Assembly (NCBI GenBank): GCA_963555825.3
Contig: CAUVXB020000002.1
Location: 2,624,001-2,688,000, forward strand
Length of the DNA stretch: 64,000 nucleotides
Direction of reading: 5' to 3'
DNA from: Alphaproteobacteria bacterium
GTDB taxonomy: Bacteria > Pseudomonadota > Alphaproteobacteria > JAAXGF01
The notes under the pieces were generated by a model. The model made no database searches. It saw nothing but the letters and a program-made list of their open reading frames with translations, and was not told the DNA's origin. Below, piece by piece: positions 29,501 to 40,348 of the stretch. The stretch's first letter is position 1, and every line of letters starts with the position of its first letter. Both the position numbers and the translations under genes were made by a program.

Positions 29501-30523
29501 CTAATCCCTGCCCAAGCCGTCGAGGAAGGCCACCAGATTGGTGCCGAGCATCGCGCAGTCGTAGCCGCCTTCCTGGACCAATACGGTCGGCGCATCGAGC
29601 GCGCCGATCGCGCGGCCGGCGGCGCGGAAGCCCTCGGTCGTCACCTTGAGGCCGGACAGCGGATCGTCCTGGTAGGCGTCGAAGCCGAGCGAGATCAAAA
29701 GCGCCTCGGCGCCGTGCGCGCGGATCGCATCGAGGCCGCGGCCGATCGCCGCGAGATAGACGTCGTCGCCCGTACCCAGCGCGAGTGGCAGGTTGAGGTT
29801 GGCGCCTTCGCCCGCGCCCGCGCCGTGCTCGTCGGCGTAACCGGCGTAGAACGGATAGAAGGCGCTGGGATCGGCGTGGACCGAGACGAAAAGGACGTCG
29901 CCGCGATCGTAGAAGATACCCTGGGTACCGTTGCCGTGGTGCACGTCGATGTCGAGGATCGCGACGCGGCCGAGCGTGGCGGCCATGTGATGGGCGGCGA
30001 CCGCGACGTTGTTGAGGAAGCAGAAGCCGCCGGCCATGTCGCTGTACGCGTGGTGGCCGGGCGGCCGGCACAGACCGTATGCGACGTTCGCGCCGTCGAG
30101 CACGAGCTGGGCCGCGTGGGTCGCGACATTGGCGCCCAAGCACGCCGCCGCCCAGGTATTTGGACCGATCGGGCAGGCGGTGTCGGCCATGTGATAGCCG
30201 GCCTGGCCGACGACGCCTTCCGGGTAGTGGCTCATGTTGCGCGTCGGATGCATGTTCGGCACGACCTCGTCGCCGGCCACCGGGTGGTCCTGCCAGCGCG
30301 CATGCACGGTCTCGAGGAAGGTGAGATGCCGGGCCGCATGCACGGCCTCGCGCGGGCCGGGCCCGAAGTCGTCCGGCGCGACGATGGTGTGGCCGCCGGC
30401 GCGCGCCGCGGCGACCAGGTTCTCGGCGCGCTCAGGCACCTCGGGGTTGTCGACCCGGGTGCCGCGCACCAGAAAATGCTTCGGCGCGTGCCGGCGGTGG
30501 GCGTCGGAATAGACGACCTGCAT
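29501..30523 (-). CDS. Histone-deacetylase family / acetylpolyamine amidohydrolase
   Basis: CRPPGHHA, GGFCFLNN, DIDVHHGNGTQ, VQEGGY. Confidence 0.93.
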   Translation of the reverse strand: MQVVYSDAHRRHAPKHFLVRGTRVDNPEVPERAENLVAAARAGGHTIVAPDDFGPGPREAVHAARHLTFLETVHARWQDHPVAGDEVVPNMHPTRNMSHYPEGVVGQAGYHMADTACPIGPNTWAAACLGANVATHAAQLVLDGANVAYGLCRPPGHHAYSDMAGGFCFLNNVAVAAHHMAATLGRVAILDIDVHHGNGTQGIFYDRGDVLFVSVHADPSAFYPFYAGYADEHGAGAGEGANLNLPLALGTGDDVYLAAIGRGLDAIRAHGAEALLISLGFDAYQDDPLSGLKVTTEGFRAAGRAIGALDAPTVLVQEGGYDCAMLGTNLVAFLDGLGRD

Positions 30524-30538
30524 GGTGAGACGTCCGGG

Positions 30539-31606
30539 CTAGTTGAAATCGTTGGCGCGCGCGAGCTCGGCCTTGGCGCCGGCGAACTCGACGAAGTGGC
30601 TGGCGCCGGTCTCGATCGCCAATTCGAACGCGCGCATGGCGGCGTCGCGCTCGCCCCGGATCAGATGAAGCTGGCCGATGTAGAAATGGGCCTCGCATTC
30701 GTGCTCGCGCGCCCCCGCCTGGTCGATCGCCCTGGCGGCGGCGATGACCTCGGCGGCGTCAGCGCGGCCCAGGTAGAGATCGGCGATACGGCCGGGCCAG
30801 GCGGCGCGGTCGCGCTTGTCGGCGACGGCGCCGAGCGCGCCGGCGCCGTCCTCGCCGTTGCGGGCGAGCGACAGGTAGCGCCAGATCGCGCGATAGAGAT
30901 TGTCCTGGTCGGTCGCCAGCAGGTGTTCGAAGTCTTGTGCGGCGGACGAGAACCAGCCCATGTAGAACTTGGCGTTGCCGCGGCTGCCGTAGGCCTCGTC
31001 GTCGTTGGGGTCGAGTTCGATGGCCCTGTCGTAGTCGGCGACGGCGAGCGGGTACCGGCCCAGCGCCCGGTTGGTGTTGCCGCGATTGTAATAGGCGTAG
31101 GCGTAGCCGGGATCGAGCGCGACGGCGGTGTCGTAGTCGGTGATGGCGCGCTCGAATTCACCCTTGCCGTGATGAGCGACGCCGCGGTTGTTGACCACCT
31201 CGGCGTCGTTCGGTTCGAGGCGCAGCACCAGGTCATAATCGCCGATCGCGGCGTCGTAGAGGCCCTTGGCATAGCGCGCGAGGCCGCGGTTGTAGTAGGC
31301 GAAGCTGTAATCGGGCATCAACATGATCGCCGTGTCGTAGTCCTCGATCGCCTGGTCCTGCAGGTCCTTGGCGCGGTAGGCGATGCCCCGGTTGTTGAAG
31401 ACGACGGCGAGGCTCTCGCGGTCCAGCTCGCCGGTGTCGATCGCCTTGGAATAGAGCCGGATCGATTCGTCGATATCGCCGTCGACCTTGGCCTGGTAGG
31501 CCGAGCGTGCGTCCTGGAGCGCGTCGGCGCGCGCTTGCGTCGCGCCCAGCACGATCGCGAGCGCAAGGGCGCTGAGCAGCGATCGGCGCGAAACGGCGTC
31601 GAACAT
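30539..31606 (-). CDS. Exported TPR protein, NlpI-like
   Basis: Signal peptide, repeated AYYNRG...AIxDYD TPRs, C-terminal YRAIWRYL and CEAHFYIGQ. Confidence 0.88.
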   Translation of the reverse strand: MFDAVSRRSLLSALALAIVLGATQARADALQDARSAYQAKVDGDIDESIRLYSKAIDTGELDRESLAVVFNNRGIAYRAKDLQDQAIEDYDTAIMLMPDYSFAYYNRGLARYAKGLYDAAIGDYDLVLRLEPNDAEVVNNRGVAHHGKGEFERAITDYDTAVALDPGYAYAYYNRGNTNRALGRYPLAVADYDRAIELDPNDDEAYGSRGNAKFYMGWFSSAAQDFEHLLATDQDNLYRAIWRYLSLARNGEDGAGALGAVADKRDRAAWPGRIADLYLGRADAAEVIAAARAIDQAGAREHECEAHFYIGQLHLIRGERDAAMRAFELAIETGASHFVEFAGAKAELARANDFN

Positions 31607-31657
31607 CGACGGTCTCCGGGAAGGCTTCGAACAACACAACCACACAACGCCCCCAGC

Positions 31658-33070
31658 CTACCGTCGAACCGCCGCCGCTTGCAACGGTGGGCGGCGCGAA
31701 TCGGTCGCATTCCGGAGTGGATACGTTGGTCGAGGATTCACTCGTCGGACGGCACGGAGCGATTGAATGCGGTCCCGGCAGAAGATCCAGGAAATTCCTC
31801 GACCCAATTCGGATAACTCGTTCAGCTTTCGAATCTCAGCTCTTGCCGCCCGGGGCTCGATAAAAGTGTGGGGACAGGTCTCGTTTGTCTTTTCAAACAT
31901 TGCCATCGCCGCCGACTTATCCCCCGCGAGCAGCTTGAACTGGCCAACGTAGAAACTCGCCTCGCACAACTGACCGTGGTCGTTGTCGACCTCGGCCTGT
32001 TTTGCCATGGCGAACACATCCGATGAGGTAAGCCGTCCGAGGTAGAAGGCGATCACGGCGCCCGGCCATGTGTCGAGATCGGTTGTCGTAGCGTACTGCG
32101 CTAGGTGTCCTTCGCCGCTGCCATGGGAACGCTCTTGCGCGAGAAAATGCTAGATTGCGTAGTACGCGTAGGAGCCATTGACATCACTCAACCAAGAAAA
32201 CTCGTGGTTGGCGTCATCGAACTTGCCGGCGCCATAGGCCGCGAGGGCGCGTCGGAAATGCGCCGTTTCGTCGTTCGGAGCGATTGCGAGTGCCCGGTCG
32301 AAGTCGGCGATCGCGTCCTCGAGGTGACCGAGAGAATAATGCGCCCAACCACGTTCCCGGTATGCGTACTGGTGTTCGTCGAGATCGATTGAAGTCGTGC
32401 AATCAACAATTGCGGGCTCATATACCGCTATCCCCAAATAGGATTCGCACCGAGCGGAGTAGACCAACGCCAGTAGCGGTGTCTCCAATGCTCCGGTGCC
32501 GGCCAACTCGATCGCTACTGTGCAGTCTTCGATAGCTTGCTCATAAGAACCATTTCCCGCATGTGATGCGCACAATCCGTTGAAGGCTTTGGCGCGCATT
32601 GTCGGCGTTGGGACGTCGACGCCTTTCATGTCAATCACCGCCGTACAATCTTCAATCGCCCGATTGTAGGATTCCTTTATGAGATAGGAAATGCACCGAG
32701 AGAGGTGGGCTAAACTAGATTGCAATGGGATGAATTCGCCAGCGTCATCCAAGCGGAGCGCCTCCGTGCAATCATCGATCGCGAGATCGTCCTCGCCGAT
32801 GGTCACGTAAACCGAGCAACGGATCGCAAAGAGCGCGCCCAATTGGGAACGACTGGCCTCCCCTGACTCGATGACGCGCGTTATGTGCTGGATCGCCTCA
32901 TCGTGTTTGCCGGTGGCCATCGCATGCTTTGCACGCGAAATTTCGGTCAACACATCGGCCGCGGCGTAGGCCGGGCCCGCTGCCAACGCGACAGCAATAA
33001 CGACACTACGGAAGTGGGCGAACATGCCTTGCACGCAATGAGCATAGTCGTCCGAACCGGTGCCTGACAA
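31658..33070 (-). pseudogene. Second NlpI-like Cys-rich TPR gene with one in-frame amber codon
   Basis: ORFs 32150-33070 and 31658-32056 share a frame. YAI*HFLAQ...WPGAVIAFYLG aligns with the neighbour's RAIWRYLSL...WPGRIADLYLG. Confidence 0.8.
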
Positions 33071-33127
33071 CCAAGGGTCGATGAGGGTGCGACGGATACT
33101 TAATCTTCCCTCGTCTCCCGCGAAGCA

Positions 33128-34282
33128 TCACAGCCGCCGTGGGATGTAGCGGGCGTAGTGGGCGAGCACCGCCATCGTCAAGGCGCTGGTGACGAAGACG
33201 GCGGGCAGGGCGAAGACCTGCAGGACGAGCGAGGAGATGCCGGGCATGGCGAGCCGGGACATGTCGCGGTAGGTCGAGAACACGGTGGTCATCTCGGCGC
33301 GCTCGCGGGGCCTGACGGCGCGCATGAAGGGCAAGTTGCCGGCGCCGTCGATGGCGCTCGCGGCCACCGTGGCGGCGACGATGAAGCTGGCGCCCAACCA
33401 CGGCAGGCCCGCCGTGGCGCCGGCCGCCAGGGTCAGCAGCGCGGTGACCAAATAGCCCCAGAACAACAGGCGGCGCAGGCCGTAGCGTCGGCCGAGCCAA
33501 CCCCAGAAGACGACCAGGAACATCGAGGCTGAGCCGGCCGAGAGGATCAGTGCGCCGGCTTCCTCGCCGAGCCCGACGGTGACTGCGTAGATCGGCACAT
33601 AGACGAAGAACATGCCCCACCAGCCGCCGCGCCCGACCGCCAGGATCCAGGCCAGCGCGAGTCGCGGCTGCGCGAAATAGCGGCGCACGAAGCGCAGCGG
33701 GTTGGTCGCCGGCGCCTTGACCTTGGTGAGCACCGGGTTCTCGGTCAGGCGCAGGAACCAGAAATAGCCGAGCTGGGCGACCGCGAAGCCGGCGGCGACG
33801 GCGAAAGGCAGCCACGGCGCGACGTATTTGCCGAGCGCGACGCCGAGCACCGGGCCGATCATCCAGCCGGCGCCGACGAACAGCATGCGCAGCGGCTCGA
33901 AGCGGCCGAACGCCTTGCGCGGAATGTGATCGAGCACGTAGAGATTGAGGCAGATCGCCGCGGTCGCCGAACCGTACAGCTGGAGCACCAGGCCGACGAC
34001 GAGCCCGGCCAACGTCTGGCTCGCCAGCAGCGGCGCGCTCGCGACGACACACGCGAGGCCGAGCGTGAGCGTCCAGCGCCGCTTGACCAGGCCGACCAGC
34101 CAGGGCACGGCGAGCGAACCCAACAGGCCGGCCGTGCCGACCAGGAAGTAGAGCACACTGACCCTTTGCGCGTCGCCGAGCAGTTCGAACGCGAGCAGCG
34201 GCAGGACGGCGACCACGGTCGCCCGCGACATCGTCTCGAGGATGAACAGGACGAGGAACGCCGGACTGCCAGCGGTCGCCAT
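33128..34282 (-). CDS. MFS transporter
   Basis: About 12 hydrophobic segments, GWLGRRYGLRR loop motif. Start position uncertain. Confidence 0.88.
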   Translation of the reverse strand: MATAGSPAFLVLFILETMSRATVVAVLPLLAFELLGDAQRVSVLYFLVGTAGLLGSLAVPWLVGLVKRRWTLTLGLACVVASAPLLASQTLAGLVVGLVLQLYGSATAAICLNLYVLDHIPRKAFGRFEPLRMLFVGAGWMIGPVLGVALGKYVAPWLPFAVAAGFAVAQLGYFWFLRLTENPVLTKVKAPATNPLRFVRRYFAQPRLALAWILAVGRGGWWGMFFVYVPIYAVTVGLGEEAGALILSAGSASMFLVVFWGWLGRRYGLRRLLFWGYLVTALLTLAAGATAGLPWLGASFIVAATVAASAIDGAGNLPFMRAVRPRERAEMTTVFSTYRDMSRLAMPGISSLVLQVFALPAVFVTSALTMAVLAHYARYIPRRL

Positions 34283-34470
34283 CGCGCCGAACCAGACGGG
34301 AAAATGGGCCTGCCTCAAAAGGCACCGGTGCGAGAGCTGTCCGTCGGGCGCGTCATCGGCGCATAATGCCCGCGCAAGCCGCCGTGGCGACACGCAAATA
34401 TTGCAGCCCTGGACCGCATCCATGGCGGTCGCCATACTGGCGCGGGACGGCGGCAAGAGGAGGCGACGCC

Positions 34471-35406
34471 ATGGCCAACGCGAATAAAGTGATCATCACA
34501 TGCGCGGCGACGGGCTCGATCCACACGCCGACCATGTCGCCTTATCTGCCGATCACGCCCGACGAGATCGCCGAGGCCGCGGTCGCCGCCGCGGAGGCCG
34601 GCGCCGCCGTGCTGCATCTGCACGCACGCGACCCGGTTGACGGCCGGCCGACGCCCGACCCCGGCGTCTTCATGCAGTTCCTGCCGCGCATCAAGCAGGC
34701 GACCGACGCGGTGGTCAACATCACGACCGGCGGCGGCGCCGGCATGAGCCTCGAGGAGCGCCTGGCCGCGCCCTTGGCCGCCGCGCCCGAGCTCTGCTCG
34801 CTCAACATGGGCTCGATGAACTTCGGCCTGTTCCCGATGCTGAACAAATACAAGGAGTTCAAGCACGACTGGGAGCGCCAACATCTGGAGAACTCGCGCG
34901 ACTTCATCTTCAAGAACACCTTCGCCGACATCGAGCGCATCCTGGCCGAGCTCGGCGAGGGCTGCGGCACGCGCTTCGAGTTCGAATGCTACGACGTCGG
35001 CCACCTCTACACGCTGGCCCACTTCCTCGACCGCGGCCTGGCCAGGCCGCCGCTGTTCGTCCAGACGATCTTCGGCATCCTCGGCGGCATCGGCCCCGAG
35101 CCCGACAACCTGATGTTCATGCGGCGCACCGCCGACCGGCTGTTCGGCGACGCCTACCAGTGGTCGATCCTGGCCGCCGGGCGCCACCAGATGGCGCTCT
35201 GCACAATGGGCGCGGCAATCGGCGGCCACGTCCGCGTCGGCCTCGAGGACAGCCTCTACATCGCCAAGGGCGAGCTGGCGAAGTCGAACGCCCAGCAGGT
35301 CGCCAAGATCCGCACCATCATCGAGGCGCTGTCGCTCGAAATCGCGACGCCGGCCGAGGCGCGCGAGATGCTCGACCTCAAGGGCGGCGATCAGGTGGCA
35401 TTCTGA
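34471..35406 (+). CDS. BKACE / 3-keto-5-aminohexanoate cleavage enzyme family (DUF849)
   Basis: VIITCAATG, LHLHARDP, NITTGG, HVRVGLED. GAGGAGG RBS. Confidence 0.93.
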   Translation: MANANKVIITCAATGSIHTPTMSPYLPITPDEIAEAAVAAAEAGAAVLHLHARDPVDGRPTPDPGVFMQFLPRIKQATDAVVNITTGGGAGMSLEERLAAPLAAAPELCSLNMGSMNFGLFPMLNKYKEFKHDWERQHLENSRDFIFKNTFADIERILAELGEGCGTRFEFECYDVGHLYTLAHFLDRGLARPPLFVQTIFGILGGIGPEPDNLMFMRRTADRLFGDAYQWSILAAGRHQMALCTMGAAIGGHVRVGLEDSLYIAKGELAKSNAQQVAKIRTIIEALSLEIATPAEAREMLDLKGGDQVAF

Positions 35407-35604
35407 GGTTGCCGACGCGGCCTAGAATCATCGGCGTTGGGGCGTGATTCAGTTTGCAGTATTCTGGTGCGGCCATTGATTCGGGGATTGGCCATGACCG
35501 GTCATTCGAAGGTTTAAATTCATCCGTCGTTAGCGGCCGAGTTCGAATCAAAATGGCCCTTCTGGGTAACCGCTTTCGATATCATTGTAACGGGGGGGCG
35601 ATCT

Positions 35605-36222
35605 ATGACCGTTAGACACTCGATCGGTATTGTCCTGTTTCAAGGTTTTGAAATCTTGGACGTATTTGGTCCGATTGAAATGCTTGGGATGTATCCCGAT
35701 AATTTCGAGATACTTTTGGTGGCAGAACAGAGCGGTGAAGTCGCTAGCGCTCAGGGCCCACGATCCGTGGTTGATCATTCGTTCAGCGATGACATCCATT
35801 ACGATGTGCTTCTTGTGCCAGGTGGCCAAGGCACTCGACGAGAAGTGAGTAATCCCGTGATGTTGGATTGGTTAACCGAGAGATCGGCAAAAGCCCAGTA
35901 TGTCACCTCTGTTTGCACTGGAAGCGCTGTGCTCGCTAAGGCTGGAATACTAGATGGTATTCGAGCCACGAGTAACAAAATGAATTACGAATGGGTCGTG
36001 ACCCAGGGACCAAATGTCGAATGGGTGCGTGAAGCGCGCTGGGTCGAAGATGGAACCTTTTTCACATCGTCCGGTGTCTCGGCGGGCATGGATATGTCGT
36101 TGGCACTCATCGAAAGAATCCTAGGCCGCGAAGCGGCCGACAAAGCGGCTCTATGGGCAGAATACGATTGGCATAAGGACTCTGCTTGGGATCCCTTCGC
36201 GAAGGCTTGGGGGTTGGTTTAG
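35605..36222 (+). CDS. DJ-1/PfpI family protein
   Basis: FEILDVFGP, LLVPGGQG, SVCTGS, TSSGVSAGMD. Low GC relative to the flanks. Confidence 0.92.
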   Translation: MTVRHSIGIVLFQGFEILDVFGPIEMLGMYPDNFEILLVAEQSGEVASAQGPRSVVDHSFSDDIHYDVLLVPGGQGTRREVSNPVMLDWLTERSAKAQYVTSVCTGSAVLAKAGILDGIRATSNKMNYEWVVTQGPNVEWVREARWVEDGTFFTSSGVSAGMDMSLALIERILGREAADKAALWAEYDWHKDSAWDPFAKAWGLV

Positions 36223-36236
36223 ATGCGCCTCCTGGC

Positions 36237-36318
36237 GGCCGCTCTTGGGCCGTTACCAGACCTTGACCGAGACCCTGATGACCGGGCGCCTATGTCTGCT
36301 GGTCGGCGCGAAGCCGAC
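36237..36318. repeat. Two 25-nt hairpins of the GTC...GAC family, 3' of the DJ-1 gene
   Basis: GGCCGCTCTTGGGCCGTTACCAGAC and GTCTGCTGGTCGGCGCGAAGCCGAC, 32 nt apart. More degenerate than the other copies. Confidence 0.5.
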
Positions 36319-36539
36319 ATGATCCACTGACAAGCTGACCTTCCGGGCGTTGTTTCGGCGCAATTTCAAACCGAGGTACGACCTGGCACTCAGCCCACTT
36401 GACTCGCCCCCGGCGCGGTCATAAAGTCCGCGCGCTCAACGGTAAGCCAGAGTTTTTGGCCCTTGAGGGGTACGCCAGTCCGCGAATTTACGCGCACTGG
36501 CGCGTTTTTCGTTGGCGACAGGATGGCGACAGGACGGCG

Positions 36540-37922
36540 ATGTTCGGAACCCTTAGCGACCGCCTCGGCGGTGTCTTCGATCGGCTGAAGAAGCGCGGCG
36601 CGCTGAACGAGAGCGACGTCACCCAGGCGCTGCGCGAGGTGCGCGTCGCGTTGCTGGAGGCCGACGTCGCGCTGCCCGTCGTCAAGGACTTCATCGAGGC
36701 CGTGCGCGAGCGCGCGCTCGGCGCCGAGGTGCTCAAGAGCATCGCGCCGGGCCAGCAGGTCGTCAAGATCGTCCATGACGCGTTGGTCGACATGCTCGGC
36801 GCCGAGGGCGCCGAGATCACGCTCGCCCTTTCGCCGCCCTCGGCGATCCTGCTGGTCGGCCTGCAGGGCTCGGGCAAGACGACGACGACCGCCAAGCTGG
36901 GCGCCCGGCTCGCCAAGCGCGACAAGAAGAAAGTCCTGATGGCCTCGCTCGACGTGCGCCGGCCGGCGGCGCAGGAACAGCTCGCCGTGCTCGGCGTCGA
37001 GGCGGGCGTCGCGACGCTGCCGATCGGCGCCGGCGTCACGCCGGTCGAGATCGCGCGCCGCGCCATGGAGACCGCGCGGCTCGAGGGCTACGACGTGGTG
37101 CTCCTGGACACCGCCGGCCGCCAGCATGTCGACGACGCGCTGATGGCCGAGGCGACCGCCGTGCGCGACGCCACCAAGCCGACCGAGGTGCTGCTGGTGG
37201 CCGACGCGCTGACCGGCCAGGACGCGGTCAACCTGGCGCGGGCGTTCGACGATCGCGTCGGCGTCACCGGCATCGTCCTGACCCGCGTCGACGGCGATGG
37301 CCGCGGCGGCGCCGCGCTCAGCATGCGCGCGGTGACCGGCAAGCCGATCAAGCTGATCGGCGTCGGCGAGAAGCTCGACGCGCTCGAGGCCTTCCACCCG
37401 GAACGTATCGCCGGGCGCATCCTCGACATGGGCGACGTCGTCTCGCTCGTCGAGAAGGCGGCCGAGACGATCGACCAGGAAGCCGCCGAGAAGCTCGCCA
37501 AGAAGATCAAGAAGGGCGGTTTCGACTTCAACGACCTGGCCGACCAGCTGCGCCAGATCGGCAAGATGGGCGGCCTCGAGGGCATGATGGCGTTGCTGCC
37601 CGGCGTCGCCAAGGCCAAGAAACAGATGGCCGAGGCCAACCTCGACCAGACCCTGCTGGCGCGCCAGCAGGCGATCATCGGCTCGATGACCAAGGCCGAG
37701 CGGGTCAACGCCAGGCTGATGTCGGGTTCGCGCAAGCGGCGCATCGCGGCCGGCTCGGGCACCACGGTGCAGGACGTCAACCGGCTGATCAAGCAGTTCA
37801 AGCAGATGACCGTGATGATGAAACGGGTCGGCAAGATGGGCAAGAAGGGCATAATGCGCGCCATGCCGGGCATGCTGCCGCCGGGCATGGGCGGCGGCTT
37901 CCCGGGCGGCGGCCCGCGCTGA
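36540..37922 (+). CDS. ffh: Signal recognition particle protein
   Basis: [40 protein letters not shown], Met-rich tail. Confidence 0.97.
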   Translation: MFGTLSDRLGGVFDRLKKRGALNESDVTQALREVRVALLEADVALPVVKDFIEAVRERALGAEVLKSIAPGQQVVKIVHDALVDMLGAEGAEITLALSPPSAILLVGLQGSGKTTTTAKLGARLAKRDKKKVLMASLDVRRPAAQEQLAVLGVEAGVATLPIGAGVTPVEIARRAMETARLEGYDVVLLDTAGRQHVDDALMAEATAVRDATKPTEVLLVADALTGQDAVNLARAFDDRVGVTGIVLTRVDGDGRGGAALSMRAVTGKPIKLIGVGEKLDALEAFHPERIAGRILDMGDVVSLVEKAAETIDQEAAEKLAKKIKKGGFDFNDLADQLRQIGKMGGLEGMMALLPGVAKAKKQMAEANLDQTLLARQQAIIGSMTKAERVNARLMSGSRKRRIAAGSGTTVQDVNRLIKQFKQMTVMMKRVGKMGKKGIMRAMPGMLPPGMGGGFPGGGPR

Positions 37923-37933
37923 GGAAGAGGATC

Positions 37934-38731
37934 ATGTTCAGTCACATCACCCTCGGCACCAACGACTTCGCGCGCGCCAAGGCGTTCTACGACGCCGCGT
38001 TGGCGCCGCTCGGCATGGCGGCGGAGGCGCAGGACTTCGACGACGCGGCGGCCTACGGCGTTTCGGGCGGCTCGCGTTTCCGGCTCTGGATTCTGCCGCC
38101 CTACGACGGTCTGCCGGCGACCTGGAGCAACGGCGCGCATCTGGCGCTGGTCGCGCCCGACGCGGCGGCGGTCGACGCCTTCCACGCCGCGGCGATGGCG
38201 ACCGGCGGCATCGACGAAGGGACGCCCGGCCCGCGCCCGCACTACGCGCCCGACTACTACGCGGCCTATGTGCGCGACCCCGACGGCAACAAGCTGCAGG
38301 CGGTCCACTACGGCGACGGCCGCACGGCGGCCACCGACGACGAGATGATTTCGCATGTCACGCTGGGCAGCGACGACCTGGCGCGCTCGGGCGCCTTCTA
38401 CGACGCGTTGCTCGCGCCGCTCGGCTACACGCGCGTCGAAGCCGACGACGGCTCGGTCGCCTACGGCGCGGCGGATACGCAGATTCCCTGGTTATTTACC
38501 CATTTGCCGTTCGACGGCCGGCCGGCGACCTGGGGCAACGGCACCCATGTCGCCTTCATGGCGCCGAGCCGCGCCGCGGTCGACGCGTTCCACGCGGCGG
38601 GGCTCGACAACGGCGCCCAGGACGAGGGTCCGCCGGGCCTTCGGCCGCAGTATACGGCGAGCTATTACGGCGCTTACCTGCGCGACCCCGACGGCAACAA
38701 ACTGCAGGCGGTGTGCTATGCGCCCGCCTGA
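37934..38731 (+). CDS. Tandem two-domain VOC/glyoxalase protein
   Basis: Two repeats of SHxTLG...NGxHxA...G.PG.RP.Y...[17 protein letters not shown]. Confidence 0.9.
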   Translation: MFSHITLGTNDFARAKAFYDAALAPLGMAAEAQDFDDAAAYGVSGGSRFRLWILPPYDGLPATWSNGAHLALVAPDAAAVDAFHAAAMATGGIDEGTPGPRPHYAPDYYAAYVRDPDGNKLQAVHYGDGRTAATDDEMISHVTLGSDDLARSGAFYDALLAPLGYTRVEADDGSVAYGAADTQIPWLFTHLPFDGRPATWGNGTHVAFMAPSRAAVDAFHAAGLDNGAQDEGPPGLRPQYTASYYGAYLRDPDGNKLQAVCYAPA

Positions 38732-38796
38732 GACGACCAACACGAAGATCACAACCAACGGCCACAAGGCCGACGAACATAAGGAAAGAGTACTCC

Positions 38797-39798
38797 ATGG
38801 CAGTTAGAATTCGACTGGCGCGCGGCGGCGCCAAGAAGCGTCCCATCTACCGCATCGTCGCCGCCGACTCGCGCAGCCCGCGCGACGGCCGCTTCATCGA
38901 GAAGCTGGGCCTCTACAACCCGATCATGGCTAACGACGGCGTCCGACTGAGCTTGAACGAGGAGCGCATCAAGTACTGGCTCGGCACCGGCGCACTGCCG
39001 TCCGAGCGCGTCGCGCGGCTGCTCGGCGAGGCCGGCATCATCGCCGTGCCGCCGACCCCCAACCGGCCAAACAAGAGCGCGCCAAAGGCCAAGGCGGTCG
39101 AGCGCGCCAAGCAGGCCGCCGAGGCGGCCGCCGCCGCCGCCGCCGCACCCGCCGAGGAAGCGCCTGCCGAGGAGGCAACCGCCGAAGAAGCCCCTGCCGA
39201 GGAGGCTGCGGCCGAAGAGGCTGCGGCCGAGGAAGCTGCGGCTGAGGAAGCGCCTGCCGAGGGAGCCACCGCCGAAGAGGCTCCCGCCGAGGAAGCGCCG
39301 GCCGAGGAAGCTGCTGCCGAGGAGGCGCCGGCTGAAGAGGCTGCGGCCGAAGAGGCTCCCGCCGAGGAGTCAGCCGCCGAAGAAGCCCCTGCCGAGGAGG
39401 CTGCGGCCGAAGAGGCTCCCGCCGGGGAGTCAGCCGCCGAAGAAGCGCCTGCCGAGGAAGCTGTGGCCGAGGAAGCTGCGGCTGAGGAAGCGCCTGCCGA
39501 GGAAGCCACCGCTGACGAGGCTCCCGCAGAGGAAGCCCCTGCCGAGGAAGCGCCGGCCGAGGCGGCTGCCGAGGAGGCCGCAGCTGAGGAGGCCGCAACT
39601 GAGGAAGCGCCGGCCGAGGAAGCTGCTGCCGAGGCGGCGCCGGCTGAAGAGGCTGCCGCAGACGAAACGCCGGCTGAGGAAACCGCTGCTGAAGAGGCTC
39701 CTGCCGAGGAAGCGCCGGCCGAGGAGGCCCCTGCCGAAGAGGCGTCGGCCGATGCCGACGAGCAGGCCAGTGACGACGAGGACAAGGCCAAGAGCTGA
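38797..39798 (+). CDS. rpsP: 30S ribosomal protein S16 with a very long acidic repeat tail (333 aa)
   Basis: [38 protein letters not shown], followed by ([10 protein letters not shown])n. Confidence 0.95.
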   Translation: MAVRIRLARGGAKKRPIYRIVAADSRSPRDGRFIEKLGLYNPIMANDGVRLSLNEERIKYWLGTGALPSERVARLLGEAGIIAVPPTPNRPNKSAPKAKAVERAKQAAEAAAAAAAAPAEEAPAEEATAEEAPAEEAAAEEAAAEEAAAEEAPAEGATAEEAPAEEAPAEEAAAEEAPAEEAAAEEAPAEESAAEEAPAEEAAAEEAPAGESAAEEAPAEEAVAEEAAAEEAPAEEATADEAPAEEAPAEEAPAEAAAEEAAAEEAATEEAPAEEAAAEAAPAEEAAADETPAEETAAEEAPAEEAPAEEAPAEEASADADEQASDDEDKAKS

Positions 39799-40348
39799 GG
39801 CCGCGCGCGGCGGCGACGCCGACGCGGCCGGCTGGCTCTGTGTCGGCGTCATCGGCAAGCCCAAGGGGGTACGCGGTGCGTTCCGCGTCACCAGCTACAC
39901 GGCGCGGCCCGAGGACATTTTGGCGTACGGCCCGCTGCGCGACGGCCCGGATGGTCGTGAGCTGGCGCTCGGTGTCGTCGAGACGGTCAAGGGCGGCATC
40001 GTCGCGCGGCTACCCGGCGTCGGCGACCGTGACGCGGCCGAGGCGCTGCGCGGCACCGAGCTCTATCTGCCGCGGGCGGCGCTGCCCGAGGCCGAGGCGG
40101 ACGAGTACTACCACGCCGATCTGGTCGGGCTCGCGGTCGAGCTGACCGGCGGCGCGGCGTTCGGCACGGTGTGCGCGGTGCACGATTTCGGCGCCGGCGG
40201 CCTCCTCGAGGTGGCGCCGGCGGCGGGCGGCGAGACGGTGTTCGTGCCGTTCACCGGCGAGGCCGTGCCCGAGGTCGACGTCGCGGGCGGTCGTCTGGTC
40301 ATCGCGCCGCTCGCCGACGACGCGGTGGACGAGGAGACGGCCGGATGA
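39770..40348 (+). CDS. rimM: Ribosome maturation factor
   Basis: [31 protein letters not shown]. Start position uncertain. Confidence 0.92.
   Translation: MTTRTRPRAEAARGGDADAAGWLCVGVIGKPKGVRGAFRVTSYTARPEDILAYGPLRDGPDGRELALGVVETVKGGIVARLPGVGDRDAAEALRGTELYLPRAALPEAEADEYYHADLVGLAVELTGGAAFGTVCAVHDFGAGGLLEVAPAAGGETVFVPFTGEAVPEVDVAGGRLVIAPLADDAVDEETAG

Noticed and set aside
25239-31816. Very long + strand ORFs (828 aa, 913 aa) and similar antisense ORFs such as 41684-43666, 45113-47248 and 38913-39791
   Set aside because: These are shadow frames of well-supported genes in high-GC DNA and have no recognisable motifs.
32150-32152. Amber readthrough or pyrrolysine
   Set aside because: The position aligns with Trp in the paralogue, there are no pyl genes, and TAG is a normal stop elsewhere in the window.
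37934-38731. Tandem VOC gene between ffh and rpsP as a mobile insertion
   Set aside because: Host-like GC and codon usage and no flanking repeats.
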